Source of the DNA: Rhizobiaceae bacterium
GTDB lineage: Bacteria > Pseudomonadota > Alphaproteobacteria > Rhizobiales > Rhizobiaceae
NCBI GenBank assembly: GCA_027483885.1
Contig: JAIXTO010000112.1
Span: forward strand, 19,870-83,869
Length of the DNA: 64,000 nt
Direction: 5' to 3'
Shown here piece by piece: positions 62,001 to 64,000 of this stretch. Made by a program: the position numbers and the translations under genes. The stretch's first letter is position 1; the number at the start of each line of letters is the position of its first letter. The notes beneath the pieces were generated by a model. That model saw only the letters and a list, made by a program, of their open reading frames with translations, was not told the DNA's origin and made no database searches.

Positions 62001-63584
62001 GTGCGCGTATTCAATTCCATTGGCGGCAAAGCGGTCCACGTGCTGGATCATCTTGCACTTGGCTGGCTCGGCCCATTCGGCGATCGTGATGCGCCGCGTG
62101 GCGCAGACATTGCGACCTTGCGCCTGATGACGGCAACAGGGCTTGCCTGCCTGGTGGCTGTGCCGGCAGCGCTTGCACTTCTGGTTGGTCCCGCCATAGC
62201 GCTGCCGCTCGGGGTCGCCTTTGTCGGCGCTGGCATGCTTGCCGTTTCCGCCGCCGCCATGACCGTCGCGCGGCTTTCCCGTGCCGAGACACAGGAAACA
62301 GAGTGCGGGCGCGAGGCGCTGGCCGGTGATCTCGCCTTTGAAGCCTGCCCCGGTGTCCTTCTCTCTTGTGATACGCAAGGGGCGATCCTGCGCACCGGCG
62401 GCCGCGACCGTCATCTCCTGCCGTCCTCCATGCGCGAGCGTCCGGGTCTGACGCTTGCCGAACTCGTGCATGTCTCCGATCGTATTGCCGTCTTGCAGGC
62501 GCTGGACAGCCTGCGCCAGGGCGCGCCGTCTGCCATTGCCGATGTGCGCATCGAGCAGGGGCTCTGCCCGCTCGGCGGCCGGCAGTTTCTGGCCGTGCGG
62601 CTTGATCTTTCGTCGCTCACCGGCGGTGACGGCGCCCTGCAGCAGGTTCTGGTGCAGTTGACCGACATCTCCTGGGAACAGTGCCTGCGCGACGAGGTGG
62701 AAGCCTGCGCCGTCGAGGTGCAATCGGCCAACGAAGCGAAGTCGCGGTTTCTGGCGGCCGTCAGCCATGAGATGCGCACGCCGCTCAACGCTATCCTGGG
62801 CTTTTCCGACGTGCTGGCGGGTGAATATTTCGGCCGGCTGGAAAACGACCGCCAGCGCGAATATGTGGCGCTAATCCGCCAGTCGGGTGCGCATCTGCTC
62901 TCCGTCGTCAACACTATGCTGGACATGAGCCGCATCGAGGCCGGCCGGTATTGCCTGCTGACCGAGCCCTTCCGCATTGCAGACGCGGTGGAAAGCTGCC
63001 GGGCGATGCTGGACCTGCAGGCCCGCAACAAGGGCGTGACGCTTGCAACCCGCGTGGCGCGGGGCCTTGGCGATGTCGTGGCGGACCGGCGTGCCGTGCA
63101 GCAGATCCTTATCAATCTCGCCGGCAACGCCATCAAGTTTACCGAGGCCGGCGGCGCGGTCACCATCGATGCGCTGGTGGAAGAGGGCATGCTGAAACTT
63201 GTCATCAGCGATACCGGTATCGGCATTGCCAGCGACAAGGTGGCGCTTCTCGGCCAGCCCTTCATGCAGGTGGAAGACAATCTTGCCCGCGCTTACGAAG
63301 GTACCGGCCTTGGCCTGTCGCTGGTCAAGGGTCTGGTCTCTCTCCACGGTGGACAGATGCGGATCGAAAGTCGCCTTGGCGAGGGAACTGTGGTAACGGT
63401 CAGCTTTCCAGTGGATGGAAAACCGGTCGATGAACGGCCGCTCGATGGCGCGGATGCGCCAGATGGCGTGGCGCGCATTGCCGAGCCGCTGGAATTTCCG
63501 CCACGCCTGCGCCAACCGGCAGACGGCAGCGTAACGGGTAGACAGGGATTTGCGCATGACCGCGCGAAAGCGAAAGCCGGCTGA
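62001..63584 (+). CDS. divJ: DivJ/PdhS-family cell-cycle sensor histidine kinase (likely DivJ)
   Basis: N-terminal TM segments, PAS-like region, H-box FLAAVSHEMRTPLNAILGFSDVL, N/G1/G2 ATPase boxes. mucR-divJ neighbourhood is known in Rhizobiaceae. GTG start 62001 is uncertain. Confidence 0.6.
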   Translation: MRVFNSIGGKAVHVLDHLALGWLGPFGDRDAPRGADIATLRLMTATGLACLVAVPAALALLVGPAIALPLGVAFVGAGMLAVSAAAMTVARLSRAETQETECGREALAGDLAFEACPGVLLSCDTQGAILRTGGRDRHLLPSSMRERPGLTLAELVHVSDRIAVLQALDSLRQGAPSAIADVRIEQGLCPLGGRQFLAVRLDLSSLTGGDGALQQVLVQLTDISWEQCLRDEVEACAVEVQSANEAKSRFLAAVSHEMRTPLNAILGFSDVLAGEYFGRLENDRQREYVALIRQSGAHLLSVVNTMLDMSRIEAGRYCLLTEPFRIADAVESCRAMLDLQARNKGVTLATRVARGLGDVVADRRAVQQILINLAGNAIKFTEAGGAVTIDALVEEGMLKLVISDTGIGIASDKVALLGQPFMQVEDNLARAYEGTGLGLSLVKGLVSLHGGQMRIESRLGEGTVVTVSFPVDGKPVDERPLDGADAPDGVARIAEPLEFPPRLRQPADGSVTGRQGFAHDRAKAKAG

Positions 63585-64000
63585 ACGCAGACGGGCGCCG
63601 ATGAAGCGCCCGGCGCTTGCCCTGCGGGTCCTCTCAGGGGCGGCAGGGCTTGTGGCGCTTTATCCGCGCACGCTCGGCGGCAGCGTGGCGCTGTTCGTGG
63701 TGTTTTCCTTCATCGCCGCCAATGCGCTCTGGTATCAGCCGCGCAACCATCCGCACCCCTTCCTCGCCACCCGCGACCCGCAGGATCCGAACGCCATTGC
63801 CGGCTACCAGCCGCAACGGCGAGCAGCCCCCGAAGACGTCACGACATTTCGCATCGAACGCGCGCCCGACGTGGCGCCGGAGCAGACCGCAGCCCTTGAC
63901 GTTGCGCCGCAACCGGCTTCTTCCGTTGAAACATCGCAAACCAGCGTCGCGGATGTGATCGGCGATGACACGCCGGCCGCGGCCCCCAATGTCGTGCCTT
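63556..64000 (+). CDS. partial CDS (3' end outside window): membrane-anchored protein, probably peptidoglycan-binding type
   Basis: Frame open from ATG 63556 to the window end, so it is absent from the ORF track. MTARKRKPAERRRAP...TM (SVALFVVFSFIAANALWYQP)...Pro-rich. Overlaps the kinase 3' end by 29 nt. Alternative ATG at 63601. Confidence 0.5.
   Translation, partial: MTARKRKPAERRRAPMKRPALALRVLSGAAGLVALYPRTLGGSVALFVVFSFIAANALWYQPRNHPHPFLATRDPQDPNAIAGYQPQRRAAPEDVTTFRIERAPDVAPEQTAALDVAPQPASSVETSQTSVADVIGDDTPAAAPNVVP

Noticed and set aside
1-64000. Search for mobile elements, prophage or GTA structural genes, CRISPR arrays, tRNA and rRNA genes
   Set aside because: No transposase, integrase, terminase, portal or capsid-like translation was seen in any frame. 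There are no cloverleaf-like tRNA signatures or rRNA-like stretches, and no regularly spaced repeat-spacer array. The repeats present are short intergenic palindromes or in-frame codon repeats.

Overview
High-GC alphaproteobacterial chromosome segment. Gene content and order (ATP ligase, ohr/ohrR, sodB, dmeRF, 7-gene mrp operon, ros/mucR, DivJ-like kinase) point to Rhizobiaceae, Agrobacterium/Rhizobium group. It is densely coding, with about 75 protein genes. I found no rRNA, tRNA, CRISPR array, transposase, integrase or phage structural gene. Content is mostly core and stress functions: cell-wall enzymes (two tandem L,D-transpeptidases, a DD-carboxypeptidase-SPOR fusion); many redox and electrophile stress genes (SoxR plus MFS pump, Ohr/OhrR, GST, VOC/DUF899/MarR, Fe-SOD, MsrB, DJ-1, two aldo-keto reductases); a metal block (cobalamin riboswitch-cbtBA; MerR-type regulator plus CDF pump; RcnR-type DmeR plus DmeF); a complete mrpABCDEFG antiporter operon; and three type II toxin-antitoxin pairs (RES-Xre, ParDE, VapBC). 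The most interesting locus is at 59.1-60.5 kb. It is a translationally coupled pair, a DnaA-domain-IV-like HTH protein plus a sigma-region-4-like (DUF6456-type) protein, resembling the split GafY/GafZ (GafA) activators of gene transfer agents. It sits between mucR and a DivJ-like kinase and is flanked by unusually long non-coding regions. One of those regions carries an orphan intrinsic terminator that could mark an sRNA or a leader. Other observations: a tandem 171-bp intergenic element, several short tandem repeats in promoters and inside a GGDEF gene, a MucR protein with two of four canonical zinc ligands replaced, and two unannotated small membrane ORFs. All domain calls come from reading the translations by eye. 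No database search was run. Start codons were chosen from RBS and homology expectations and may be off.
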